Shown: one piece after another, positions 51,721-64,000 of the stretch | Layout: the number at the start of each line of letters is the position of its first letter | Numbering within the stretch: position 1 is the first letter of the stretch | Source: Marsupella aquatica | Lineage: Eukaryota > Plantae > Marchantiophyta | Reading direction: 5' to 3' | NCBI GenBank assembly: GCA_973895155.1 | Contig: OZ316891.1 | Span: 7,495,808-7,559,807, forward strand | DNA length: 64,000 bases | Translations under genes and position numbers: made by a program | The notes under the pieces: model-generated | What the model was told of the DNA's origin: nothing | Databases searched by the model: none | What the model saw: the letters and a program-made list of their open reading frames with translations, nothing else

Positions 51721-54134
51721 ATGGCGGGGAAGCGCGCCCAAGCTACTCTGCAGCAATGCACTCCAGTCATAGTGCAATCCTGTTTTCCCCGAAGAACTCT
51801 GCCCTCCCGGACTCGCACTCGCAAGCAGCTGTTCGACCAAGGCAAGATCGACCAGGTGCGCAAAGTTGCGGCAGGTCCTGGCGCTCAAGTTCGACCTCGA
51901 GCTCGAATTCGGCCATTTGCCAAGCAGCAGGACAACAACAACAACGACAACAACAACGACAACAACAACGACAACAACAAGTGGCGTAGTTTGGGAGTCT
52001 CGACGTCGGAGTTGAGCTTGCCGCTGACGTTCGTCACCGGGCAGAGCTTCCGATGGCGTCCCACAGGTCCGTCACAATACACGGGCGTTGTCGGGCCTCA
52101 CCTCATCTCTCTGCGGCAGCGTACAAATGATGTTGCTTTTCTGCTGCACACGGTTGACAGAGTCGGTGTGGCCGAAGCTGAATTGCGCGAGTACTTGAAT
52201 TTGGACACCTCGTTGGAGAAGCTGTATGAAGAGTTCGCTGTTGCGGATGTTAGGTTTGCGAATGTAGCGCCGTTCCTCGTAGGCGCGCGGCTTTTGAGGC
52301 AGAATCCGTTGGAGTGTCTTTATCAGTTCATTTGCTCGTCGAACAACCATATCCAGCGCATATCTGGTATGGTTGAGTATCTTGCCGCGCACGGGCCTCG
52401 CCTTGGCACAGTTCAGGGTTTGGATTTCCACGCCTTTCCTTCTCTCGCCGAATTGGCGAGTGTGACGGAAGAGCAATTGCGGGAAGCAGGATTTGGATAC
52501 AGGTCTCTGCTCGTTCTTTCCTCTTCACTGTTCGCTGTCCTTCAATCGTATGTCATGAGCAATTCTTGTCCATTTCTGCTCACCATTCCTTGTTGTCTCG
52601 GCCCAGTGATTACACATGTTTTCTTGAATTTGGTAATGTGGATGGAATAGGACTTTTATGTGTTGGAACAATGCACGGAACCTTCCTTGCAAGAATTTGT
52701 GAACTCAACGTTGGCTTGCCAGTTGGTAATTTCTGTGCAGAGCTAAATTTATCGTCGGGACAACTGAGGCATTGAGGAGCAAAGATGGAGGAGGCGAGCA
52801 ATGGCTTATGTCTTTGAGGAATCTTAGTCTGGAAGAGGCCGTTAAGGCTTTGTGCTCACTTCCCGGTGTAGGACCCAAGGTTGCAGCTTGTATCGCACTA
52901 TTTTCTCTGGACCAGCACCATGCAATTCCTGTAGACACCCATGTTTGGCAGGTATGCAAATCAATTCTCCCGTGCATCACTCTCTAACTACCTTTTTCAT
53001 ATAACGTGACATAGCTTTATGATCTCCAAAATTATTTAGTGTAAAGGAACAAGCAGTGGAGTCTTGGAGACAACGTCGCTACGAATATAGGCTGTCTTGG
53101 AAGAAGGTGGGAGATTTTGCCCAAAAAGCAATTGAACCCAAGCGCTGGATGTATATTATAATTCTCGTCCATTTCAAGAGCTACATGGTGCACCTCTGGT
53201 GTCCCTTCGACCCGCAGGTCAATTTCGTTTCAGAAATACATAAGCTTAGACGGCATGTGATGTATATTTTAGTCTAGATCCCTGTGAAAATCACCACAGC
53301 GCGGTACTTGTATTCTTGCAAACTGATGGAGGTTCGCGCCGCTTTACCGCATGAGTTGCTCTTGGGTTTCATGGAAGAGATTAAATGAATGGTCTCTAAA
53401 GTCAAGCTTGTTATGGGAGCATCCTTCTGAGTATGCTCTCACATCCCGTGCTTAAATTCGAATTATATTTTTGCGTCAGATTTCTTTGAATTCTGCTACG
53501 GGTTAGTAACACAAAATCCGTTGTCTGTAGACCCTCATGTACCATAAAGGTCATCAAGGGGCACCACCCTCTAGAGAGATTAAATACTAGTGTACACACT
53601 GGAATCTGGATCTTTGACTAGATTCATGGCAGGGAGCTCAACTATTACTGCCACACTTGTGATGTGTGCATAGCGAGGCGTGCTTGTTTTCCTCCTGTGA
53701 CTGATTACCCGTTTGCTTCTGGTCAGATTGCCGTACGATACTTTTTACCAGAGCTTGCTGGGAAAAGTCTCACTTTGAGATTGCACCAAGTAGTGCAGGA
53801 GGCATTCATTAAACGTTTTGGGAAGTATGCTGGTTGGGCCCACCAAGTGTTCTTCATTGCAGAACTCTCCTCTCAGCAGGCATTGTTGCCAGTACATTTG
53901 CGATTACCGAAACAAAATATTGTCAAGGTGAAGAGGAAGGTGGCTCCATCCCTTCTGTTGGAGAATGATGAACCGATCGGTATAGAGCAGCTATCACCTG
54001 AGGAGACTCCAATACCCACGCAGCTCATTTCACGAAGACAAAAACGTATCACAAGTAAGACACGACAAGGTTGTCACTGTGGAATGAATTGCAATTGTGA
54101 GGATTTTTCCTGCCACACAATTGTAAAGACGTAG
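51721..54134 (+). CDS. OGG1: 8-oxoguanine DNA glycosylase/AP lyase (3 exons)
   Basis: TFVTGQSFRW, GARLLRQNPLECLYQFICSSNNHIQRI, GFGYRAK, the HhH-GPD motif LPGVGPKVAACIALFSLDQHHAIPVDTHVWQ, and FGKYAGWA. A microsatellite at 51931-51979 encodes an N/D tract. Confidence 0.96.
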
Positions 54135-54442
54135 ACATGATTTTGAATTTTATGGCCATGGAGTTAATGCTGAAATTTTTCTGTGCAGGAGAAACACCAG
54201 CAAGTGGACATCTTCTATGATTTTTGCAGCAAGGAGACTATTGTCACCGATTGCGGTGCGATGGTGTTCAATGCAGGTACTCTTTACAAGGAGTAACATT
54301 AATGTTGGACATACACTCAGATACGAGTGGCCTCTCAGTAGACCTTTCCTGGTATCGAGTTCTCCGAAGGCTGCACGTGAAATGACTACTTTCTTCGTCA
54401 TAGGAAGGTATATATGGGCAGTGGGTTGGCGAGACCATGTAT

Positions 54443-54556
54443 AGGTGAGGCACTACCAAACTGTTGCACCATACTTCACTCTTCGCCATGGGAAGGTGTA
54501 TATATATGGCGGGGCCGACTGTGAAGTATGGTGCAATAGTTTGGTAGTGCCTACCT
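54443..54556. ncRNA. Candidate miRNA precursor hairpin
   Basis: 54448-54479 pairs with 54521-54552 (31 Watson-Crick pairs plus one G:U on +). Inner stem cgccat/atggcg. No TSD, single copy in the window, and no match to miRNA families I recognise. Confidence 0.5.
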
Positions 54557-55334
54557 GCCTTCTAGCCTGTAAACTCAGAACCCTAAGCACTAATCAACAA
54601 GCTGGCCAACTTAACGCCGTGAAGATCATACTTTTGGCTTCGTCCAAACCAGCTGTTTTTGCTGTGCGACATGACTTTGGTCTTAAGAGGGCGCACAGGT
54701 AGCCCAGCTGAGATAGATATCTCAGGTCCAAAACCTAGAGTCGAGAGATGCCCAAATATTTTGAATCTATGGTTTGGAAACCTCGTAGAGGCAGGCAGGA
54801 CGTGTGAAGCAGCGCTGGCATTGTTTGTTGCTACGCAGGTGGAGACATTGGAGGGTCGCACAAGGCGTTGGACCACTTGACGTCAAGATTCCTTGAATGA
54901 CGTTGACAAAGCCAAACATCTGGCAGTCAACTTAAGGCCGAATCGCTGATAAAACAAGTTCATGTTCTCCTTGTTTCTGGTAGTACTTGGAGTTCAAGAA
55001 TTATTTGCATGGATTAGAAAGCCTGCATACCAGGCTGAATTTAATTTTACATTGGGATTAAAATTTGAAAGCAGTATGTCAAGCGATATGCTGGTGAGAA
55101 ATTCCTTGTCCAGCTGTGATATGGTCCAGGAGGACGGTACACTACGTGATTAAACAAGTACTGCCCCTATAAGAGCTCTCATTGTAAAGTGCACAGGTTC
55201 AGGAATGGGCTTTGAGCTCCACAAACGGTGGTGAGTGCAACACTTTTTATGGTGAGATACTGTTCACCATAGGACAGGGAAACTGTTCACCACCACAGGA
55301 CAGGAATTAGGTGTAGTGACACAGGGAATGGGGC

Positions 55335-55403
55335 TTTTATAGTGGCAGTGTGGTTTAAGGGGAAGTCACAAAAGGCGGAGCGGGTGAAGTCACAAAAGGC
55401 GGA
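55335..55403 (-). promoter_or_regulatory. Candidate minus-strand core promoter: TATAAAA plus a duplicated 18-mer
   Basis: CTATAAAAG on minus at 55334-55342 in a GC-rich context. gaagtcacaaaaggcgga occurs at 55362 and 55386. No coding gene lies downstream, only the hairpin. Confidence 0.4.
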
Positions 55404-56256
55404 ACGGATGGAGCGGAGCGGATGGAGTTACCGGAAAAGAGATTGCAGATGAGGTTGATCAGTCCAGCAGGCTGGAGTGTATCAGTATTTTAATTTCGGG
55501 TGTGGCATGTCTTTCTCGGAGGAGGGTAGGTGAGGAAGCCTTGCTGGTTAAAAGGTGGAAAGTCTCTACTGAAACTTCTTAACGTCGTTCATGGCTGCTT
55601 TGTGGTCGCAATACGATCTCTGGTTCTGGCCCCAGGAAAGGACCCCATCAGAATTCCTATCTTGCGAGGCCACACCAGATTCTGGGACTGAGTTGAGTTT
55701 GTACAAGAAGTAGGTGGTTCTAGGAGCGAAATGAAGCTCTTCTGTTTTTCTGTTTTTCTGTTTAGTACTATCTGGACTTTTCCCTTTTTTGGTAAAGTGG
55801 TCCTTTTTCCTTCTCATGTACTCCAAGCAAAGACTCAAGTGCTAACAACCTCCCCTAGATCCACTAGATTGGGAGTTGACATTGATTTACTTGAATATCT
55901 GAAGTATGAGTCGTTGGTGGTAAGATCTTTGACCTACAGCAGTAACAAATCCAACTGATGCTGAAGTCCCTACATTGCGATAACTCACGTAATAGATGCT
56001 AACAATACGCAATGGAAGTACTGCACCCTTGCTCATCTCAATGCCTCCCTGGCAAGGGGCTCATGTGGGCTCATGTGCACTCATGGGACCAGACACAACG
56101 AATTGGAACTTTGAGCAAGCGCCATTTACGACAAAGTAACTTACCTGACGTATCGCTCAATGAAGGCTTTGCCTAAATTGATGGAAACTGCAAACTGGTT
56201 GTAGAGCAAAAGAACTTCCCTCGAATCTCAATCTCAATTTATATAAATCGTGAGAA

Positions 56257-59200
56257 TCACTCAAGTGTATTGACAAACTGGGCTGCGGACCTAACACTCC
56301 AAACATCTAACTTCGTTGCCCATGTCTTTGCCCGAGCAGCCAAATCCTCAGACCAAATACTTGAATCAAATGGCATTCTTGATTTTCTATTTTCCAGCAA
56401 CTCCTCAACACAAGATATATACTCGTTCTCACCAAGGTCTTCAACCTTTAATGTTAACCCAAAGAGATGAGCTATATCTCTTTGGTCAGTACCAACGTCT
56501 TTACCTCCGACTGCCACCTTTCTGGGACTAGTTGCACACAGCAACACATTGTCCGGCCATTCCTGCAGCATGGAAGACGAACTAGTAAGAGTTTTAAATC
56601 TCTCCCAGCTGGTATGCAAAGGTGTGTCAGCAGCAACGGGAAGGTGTTAGATGACTTCCAAAACAGTCATTCATGACATTCAAAATGAAATCAGATACAA
56701 CAGTTTCCCCCACCTCGAGGGCTGACTTTAAATATGCGTAATTATCTTCTCCACCCTGCACCAAAAATTCATTTTGGGGTCAACACTGCATCCCACAAGA
56801 ACGGGTTATGTCTAACATTTCAGTCAAGCAATTTGTTCTCAAATGACAATGTGGCAGGAACAAGACAAAGAGATACGAACCCGTGACAATAAATCGTCCA
56901 CAATGAGGGCAAAGCGAAGTTGCCAGTGCCGTGCCAGCTCTTCCAGAACCGTAGAAATGCTTTTCAGGTCTGAAACTGGAACTGTGATGATGTGCAAACC
57001 TTTGCTGCTTGTTACTTCACTTAAAACTGACCTTAGTAACCAAGTCTTTCCGGTTCCACCAGACCCATACTGTATCCATTTAACAAACCTCGGTCAGATG
57101 CGGTAAAACAAATTTAAAACGAAATCACCTGCATGGCTCCAATTTGTCTTATACATGTATTTCACTGAAGCACTTATGGTGTCTAGTTCCTTCTTCGAGT
57201 AGGAACACGGACTGTAATCCATATGGTGTACAAAGTGAATTTCCGAGGAACCATTACCAGCAAAATATGATGAGCTGTTCGTCTTTCAGCATGTCTGGTT
57301 AGATTCTTTAAGAGTGCCTCTTTCCTTGCTTGGTGGACGCTAAGATCACAGACACTGATAGCTTTTGTGACCCACTTCGAGTCATTTGCAATCTTTCCTC
57401 CTTTCCACAGCAAAACTGTCACAATTAAGCAATTTCGAGAGCATGTATGAGCAGGAAGAACTAATGACTCCTGAACAAACTAATTCAAGTTCTTACATGG
57501 GCCATCACTACAAACCAAATGCAGGGCCTCCAGAGAGCCTACCCAAAAAAACTTTCAATACGGGGGTGCCAATTGAAGGTATGATTATAGCCTCAGTCAT
57601 TGTCTAATCTATCATAAAATCATATGTGACGCAAAGGGCACTCACATCTGCACTGACTTACATTGTGTGGATGCAACTCGTCCTACACTGTGGTCAAAAT
57701 AATAATTTTCCAGCAGAGGTACAGCTTCAGACCACCTCCAATGTCCACCAATCTTTTTCCGCCACATCTCTCTATCTGCCGTGACAACGCATCCAATTTC
57801 TGTAAGAAATAACTGCCACGCATTCCTTCAATAATTGACAACTGTTCTGTATATGAAGTCATACTATAGAAAGACACCACCAAATGGTGCTAGTCAATAA
57901 GCAATAGCCTTGATGTCCAGGGTAATTAGCATCCAAGCAGTTCGAAGTACGAGGGTAATCAGCTTCCAAGTTCATGGACAAACGAGTTAACCTGTGACCT
58001 TCAAGGTCTCAAGCAACTTTTCTTACCTTCGTGAATGAATGTGTGAATTGCTTTTGTATTGTAACCCGGCCCTCCCAAATCGATTCCCTCAGTTTCTTCG
58101 GATGCTGAAACATTTGATTTAGCATGCACAGTATTGTCTACAGCATCTCCAAAGTCCTTCGATGCTGGTTCTACGGAAAGCAAAGAGATTCGTTGACAAA
58201 TCAGTTCAGTAAAGCCAACACTTTGGCTCGGGTGCAAATAATGGGTTTGGCCTCAATTAGTACGTCACGATGAAATTTTGGACAGCAAAGATGCCTGCGG
58301 ATTTTGGCAACACCGAACAACAAGATTGTGACTCTAAAATTATTATAGAAACGCTCTAGGATATTATAATGGAGCACCAGAACTATACATACCGAAATAA
58401 TTTAGAGCTGTGTACTCAACTTCACTCCCAACTGCACTTATTCCCCATTCCAAAAGCCAACCCGGAAGTAATTGAGATCAATTCCCCGAGCCAAATGACT
58501 GACTTCAAATGATGCCGGAGGCTCTTACCAGACATACTGAAACCAAAGATGTTGGTGCCCTCTTTAGAAGCTGTGGGAGTTTTTGACACGCTTTTGGAAC
58601 TGAAATTTGATGCAGCAGCAATCCGCCACTCAGGTCTAACGTCTGCAACCATTTCTGCGATCTGAGCAGAAAATCATCAAAACCTAGACGAACTGGGATA
58701 TGCACCACCCTTTCCATTTTCTACAATGCCTCTGCGTAGCAATCCAATTCGGCAACGAAAACAGTACTTGAAAGTCCTCAGAACGACTTTCGTTCGCAAC
58801 GTAATGAAATTGACTAAAGAACTGTACCCAGCCACTCAATGTTGACTCTGTGATGCTAAGTCGCTGCAAGCTGTCTAAGTCCGCTGCCGCAGCTGCCCGC
58901 AGAGACGGTGGAACTCCTCCTGACCAAACACCTCTTGGATTACCAACATTGGCGGATGCTTCTGCAAATGGATTCTTTTCTCCTGACAGTATCCCTTCTA
59001 AAATATAGTCTTCCCAACTGCGCATGACATATGATTGACAACATCAAATTTAAAATTGTTTTCCCTTCATGTCCCAATCAAAGCCCCGAATTCCTACCAG
59101 GTAAATTGCCTTATTTCCCAGGGACACCCGACAAACAATCGCATCAAAGATGACTAATGATTGGTAACCAAGTCACAACAGCTCGTATCACGAGATTCAA

Positions 59201-60469
59201 TTTTAATGTTGCTTGACATCAATGGCCATTCTTCAATAATTATTTGAATTAGGAAATTAGAAACATACAACTCCTGGACAGATCTCTTGTTCTACAAAAC
59301 AATGAACGTACGTAGGTATCATCGCAAACCTGGGATAGCGGCCAATTGCCATAAGCTTGAAAAATTCTCCATATGACTCCAAAAGCTTCAATCCATCTGC
59401 AAATCGAACAGAAATGACTAGAATTTGTTACAGTGATACTAACCCAAGAAAATACCCCAGCGTCGAGCACTAACACGCACATCCAGATGGCAGAAAAAAG
59501 AATCATTTATTTAAGAAAAATGCGTCATCAGATGCCAACTCAGTGAGAAAGTGGACCACGTAATACTGCAAACCGATGAAAAAAAATCGATGGCAAAGTA
59601 AGATTTTGAGCTACTTTGGACTGCATGAGAAAAGAATTAGAGACAGCAAGTGGACCAAAGTAGCAAAGCAGATGATAGTTTGTTTTCGGTATGATCGGAG
59701 CATATGAACATACCGTCATTCCTCCTCAAAGCAAGTAGGACCTTTAGAAAGGCTTGTGCTGGGGGGCTCCTGAAAACTTCCTGGTACAAAAGGAGCATCG
59801 CTGCATCTTTAAGTAGCCCAGTGGCTGCTCGCTCAATTCTGTTGAGCATCAATCAAACGATTCAAAGTAAGAAGTGTCAAACATCATCCTGCTGAACTTC
59901 AAGTGATAGAACTGCCACTACGACCCATTAAAGTCCTGCTGCAAGCATCCTATGGACAAGAACTTTCTCATGGACAAGATGCAGTGCACTAAACGTCGCA
60001 TTACATAAGGCATAAAGTATGCGCATAGGCCCGATATTTCTTTCCGATTTCTATAAAAAGAAAGCAGCAGTGCCAATAACCCACACCAACTACAAACACT
60101 GCAGAAAAATTACACCTTGTCATTTGGGTATGACCTAACATGAGGATTCATCTCTAAGCGTTCAAATGCGACCCCCGAAAAACAAAAGGGAACAAAAGAA
60201 ATTGCGTTCCAGCACCCGACACGAGGATCTGCGGTAAATCCCAGCGACGCAGAAATGCTCCTCGACGGCCACCGCGATCCAGTTCGAAATCCTGGATGAG
60301 CTGCATTGGACAGCAGCCACAAAGTCGGCAGCTCCATCTTCTTAATGCTAGTCCTCCACGCCCCCTTTCTGCAGCTGATCCCATTTCTGCCACCATACCT
60401 TCGTACTATGATCTCGGACCCATTGACAAGCTTTCCGTCGAGCACTCCCTGCCCCCGCAATGTATTCAT
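56257..60469 (-). CDS. DUF815-family AAA+ P-loop protein, probably plastid-targeted, ~11 exons
   Basis: Spliced exons: transit-like N-terminus; AAMLLLYQEVF..QAFLKVLLAL; LESYGEFFKLMA; SWEDYILEGIL..NPF; AAAADLDSLQRL; WSEAVPLLENYY; ALLKNL..AHHILL|YGSGGTGKT (Walker A); FALIVDDL (Walker B); YLKSALE; PDNVLLCATS; FGLTL; RSAAQF. This follows the cyanobacterial DUF815 layout as recalled. Confidence 0.85.
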
Positions 60470-60800
60470 TGCTGGCTAGGAGGATGATCAGCAACGTCAA
60501 TACACAGTATCGCTTTGCTGATCTCTGGAGCAGTGGTTCACAATCTCTGTGAACTCTCCATCTCGCTGTTTCCACTCTTCAGTAGTCTCTGAATGAATTG
60601 GACACCGAATGAGAGGAGAACAGGCACTCGACGGCAAAGCTCACTCTGAGGAGAATATCACTCTCGACATAGCTTTTCGCTCGAGCTTCACAGCTCCTGA
60701 AAGCCATAGTCGTCGGTCTTCAGCCATCCTCAAAATCTTTTCGAAGAGCTGATCATGAAACACAGCAAAAGTTTGCAATTCCCTGTCCTCAAAAATATAA

Positions 60801-60970
60801 GCTCAGATGGGATTCTACGTCAAACTTTGTGCTAGGATAGTATTCCTAAGTTCCCAAGTATTTAAAAGAGGATGACATGGATGCAGTGGAAAAATTGGGA
60901 TCCTTCCATACACGTAGGATTAGAGGATGTCATCCTAGATCATACATTTGGATGGAGGTCCCATCTGAGC
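60801..60970. mobile_element. Tourist/PIF-Harbinger-like MITE, 170 bp
   Basis: Perfect 12-bp TIRs GCTCAGATGGGA/TCCCATCTGAGC extending imperfectly ~60 bp, with flanks TAA and TTA. The superfamily call is tentative because the flanks are not identical. Confidence 0.7.
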
Positions 60971-61605
60971 TTACCCCTTACCCTTTGTGCAAGGTAGAAG
61001 CTTGCCTTGGAAATACACAATGAGAAAAGATTGAGTACACATTGACTTCATCTGGTAGTTGCTAACTAACTCCTATAATACACAGTTGTGCCACTTTTTG
61101 AAGTGGTCGTCATTCAAAATTCACACTTTTCGAGCCAAGTGAAAGAAATCAAATATGCAAAGCTAAGAGAACAAAATAAATATAAAGCCAGGGCAAAATA
61201 GGAAGGGAGCAGAATAATTCTTGATATTCCTGGTCACTTTAGCAAGTACAGTACTTCCTTTTGATGTCATCATTATACTTGTAAATGCATGTTGTATAAT
61301 CCCTCCCCGGCTATTGTCTTACTGGCTGAACTATGTTCAGCTATGTGATGGGGGCCTCCAAAAAAAAGCCCCCAAGATACTTGTGTCAAAAATACATAAG
61401 GACTGCAATACTGGACTGCAAAGTGGACTTCTATATAGTTTCCCTTTTTCTAGAGAGACCAAAACAAAATCCAATGTATGGCATACAATATTTGTATTCA
61501 GACAACATCATAATGGCTTAGGTAGGAAGAGGAAAGAGATGAGGGAACATTAAGTTGTTTTTGTCTTTTGTGTTTTTTTCATTCTTTAGTTTTTTTCTAC
61601 CTTGT

Positions 61606-61647
61606 TCAGCCTATTGTGACCAAACCCCCCTTTGGTCACGGGCCTGG
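61606..61647 (+). mobile_element. Helitron-like 3' terminus
   Basis: GTGACCAAA-C6-TTTGGTCAC hairpin (61616-61639), then gggc, CTGG and T. Homologous to 43348-43390. Confidence 0.5.
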
Positions 61648-62244
61648 TTTGTATTGACCCTGCCCCAATGTACATCTCATGTGCATGCAATGCAAGGAGA
61701 GTGTATACACCCATTCCCCTTGGTACTCATATGAATCATTTCATAAAAATAAATATACTTGACAAAATTCAATATATATTTGGATCAGATAACAAGCGGT
61801 TGGGGGCCAAACCACTCTTGGCTGGGGTGACAGGGTTTGGGGATACACATATAAAGGGACACCCACATTTGACAACATCAAAAACTATAATAAGGCGTTA
61901 CGCTTTTTCTTTTGCCATGGTCGTCATTTGAATTTACCATTTTGTGTGAAAGAAATTCAATACGGAAAAAAACCAAAGCAATAGCAACCAAAATGGCCCT
62001 CACACCAGCTCCTGAGGTCAACTGCCATCTGATCGTGGCGACAACACCGAGCCAAGGCAAGTCAAATGTCGTGCGGCCAGTCACTACTACAAGTGGGGCG
62101 ACCACCCTGCTGCCTTGCCCAGTGCGCCAACTGTCGACTGCTGCACTCTTGCGGTCAACCTCCCACCACGCTCCTTCCCACCCCGATGACCCGGGCCGGC
62201 CTTGCCTTGCCCCACTCCCTCCCTCTTCCCTTCTCCCCTGCCCG

Positions 62245-62640
62245 ACTCTTTTTAACGACATTTTTTTACTTGACATCTTTTTAACGACATCTTTTTACTT
62301 GACAACATCTTTCACATAACAACTTCTTTGGTGACACAACTTCTTTGTTTTAATGACATCTTTTTACTTGATGACATTGTTTACATAACAACATCATTGG
62401 CAACACGACCCCGGACATGACCTCTATTTTCTTAATGATATCTTGGGCCGACATGACATCTTTTGTCTTAACAACATCTTGGCCAACATGACATTTTTTC
62501 TCAAGGACGTCTTGGCAACAGGACATCTTTTTTCTCAACAACATCTTGGCCGACACGACGTCTTTTTTTCTCACTGACGTCTTGGCCGACACAACATCTT
62601 TTTTCTCAATGACGTCTTGGCCGACACGACATCTTTTGTG
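62245..62640. repeat. Minisatellite (~25-38 bp; acatcttggccgacacgacatcttttttctc)
   Basis: More than 10 degenerate copies. It explains the spurious repetitive ORF at 62350-62643. Confidence 0.85.
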
Positions 62641-63647
62641 CAATGCACAGGTATTGAGCTAGTGCAATTCTATTATGAACTTGACCTGAAAAGACAAATT
62701 TCAAATTCAACAAGCTAGCAAGCATAGAAGGACTTTGAGCTGTTGGTGTACGCCACCATCCAGATCAAGTCAAGGGGGCTGGACTACATTATATCAAATA
62801 ATGCAGAGGAAATTACAAAAACAACAGACTCCAAATACTGCTCAAGGTAGGTGAATGTATTGAACTAAAAACATAGTGAATGCCCCCCTTTATTTACATT
62901 GAATTGCTTAATATAATTCATGACATGTTATGGATTTTGTTGAACTTGAGACAAACCAACAATTAGAGAATGTGAGCAGGGCATTGACTCCTCAGCACAC
63001 CAAAGTATTATTCAAACAGACAAACCTGGTGTGGGACTACATGATGGAAAAGTGGTTTGATAAGGGGAAGCTGTAGTTGGTGAAAGGTTTGATAAGGGGA
63101 AGATGTAGTTGGTGAAATTAGCAGTGACTCCACTCCCTCCAAACATTGTGCAGGATATTATAATGAGACAAACTTAAGCGAACAATCTTCACCTGGTTGC
63201 TCATGCACCATCCAATGCACAGTGTCACATCAATGATTATATGGGGAGACAGTTTCTGGTGGAGTTTGAAACAGAATGGAAATTTAGTGGTAAAGATTTG
63301 CAATGAGAAAAAAAAATTACCATCAGTATGAAATACTCAGCTAGTGAGACTCTACAATAACATTAAATTTTCCGGGTCATCTGTCTGACCGCAAGGATAA
63401 ACAAAGGGTCATCAAGAGATTTCCTGTGCAAATAATTTGACCTGGTACATGTGCAACACAGGTTAACCCTAGTACTGGTGAGTGGAATCCCTTAGTAAGT
63501 TTCCCCCTACTTCGCACTTATATCTCAAGGCAAGGCAAGTCCACTGTACGTCTCCCTTACCCGCATTCAAGGTGAGTTCCTTGAGAACCCATGCACACAA
63601 TTGGTGATTTCCCAGCTACATGAGTGCCTATTTCCACCACCCATGGG

Positions 63648-63943
63648 CTCAGGGGTTTCACTTCCACAAAAATGGCATATCACGTGCGACGAAGGATAGG
63701 GTCATTTTATTGGTTCTAAGAGAAGACTTAAGAATTTTTGTAGAAGAACAATACGGTCTTTTAAATTCAATTTTGAGACTTATAAGAATATTAGGGTCTT
63801 TTTAATCCAATTTTTAGAATATTCCGAGAATATTCCAACTTTATAGGGGTTAAAAATTAAAAAAAATTCTTACATTTTAGGGGGTCCGAGGCCTAAAAAC
63901 GTCATAGGCGATGGGAAGGTCCCCATATAGTGAGACCCCCGAG
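63648..63943 (+). mobile_element. hAT-type MITE, 296 bp (same family as 21792)
   Basis: TIRs CTCAGGGGTTTCACT / AGTGAGACCCCCGAG with an exact 8-bp TSD CCCATGGG. Shares the internal blocks tcacgtgcgac and ttagggggt with the 21792 copy. Confidence 0.85.
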
Positions 63944-64000
63944 CCCATGGGCAAGCACGCATGTGCACAAGGAGAGATTAGACCTTGGCTGGGAATTTCC

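Noticed and set aside
26531-54134. Functional cluster of ER and mitochondrial genes
   Set aside because: These are unrelated housekeeping genes in mixed orientation with no shared pathway.
63640-63951. CACTA/EnSpm element with CCC termini and a 2-bp TSD
   Set aside because: Comparison with the 21792 copy shows CCCATGGG is a palindromic 8-bp TSD, which fits hAT.

Overview
Intron-rich nuclear DNA of a land plant, most likely a bryophyte or other seed-free plant (inferred from protein similarity and a cyanobacterial-type DUF815 gene). Splicing the ORF fragments by eye gives 10 protein-coding genes: a dehydrin-like protein, an NCBP2AS2-like microprotein, EI24, DnaJ P58IPK, COQ6, eIF3i, TIM13, ALG8, OGG1 and a divergent DUF815 AAA ATPase. 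Intergenic DNA is rich in small non-autonomous elements: a MULE MITE with a 10-bp TSD, two hAT MITEs with 8-bp TSDs, a Tourist-like MITE, a Copia-type solo LTR, Helitron-like 3' ends and a tRNA-derived SINE-like head. There are also local tandem arrays, two of which appear to come from one parent element. The best leads are a miRNA-like 32-bp hairpin with a candidate TATA promoter, the DUF815 ATPase with altered motifs, the atypical His-rich dehydrin-like gene, a metallothionein-like Cys tail on OGG1, and the uORF-rich leader and GC-AG intron of EI24. I see no clear novel multi-gene system. Family assignments rest on recalled motifs rather than database searches, and exon boundaries are hand-derived.
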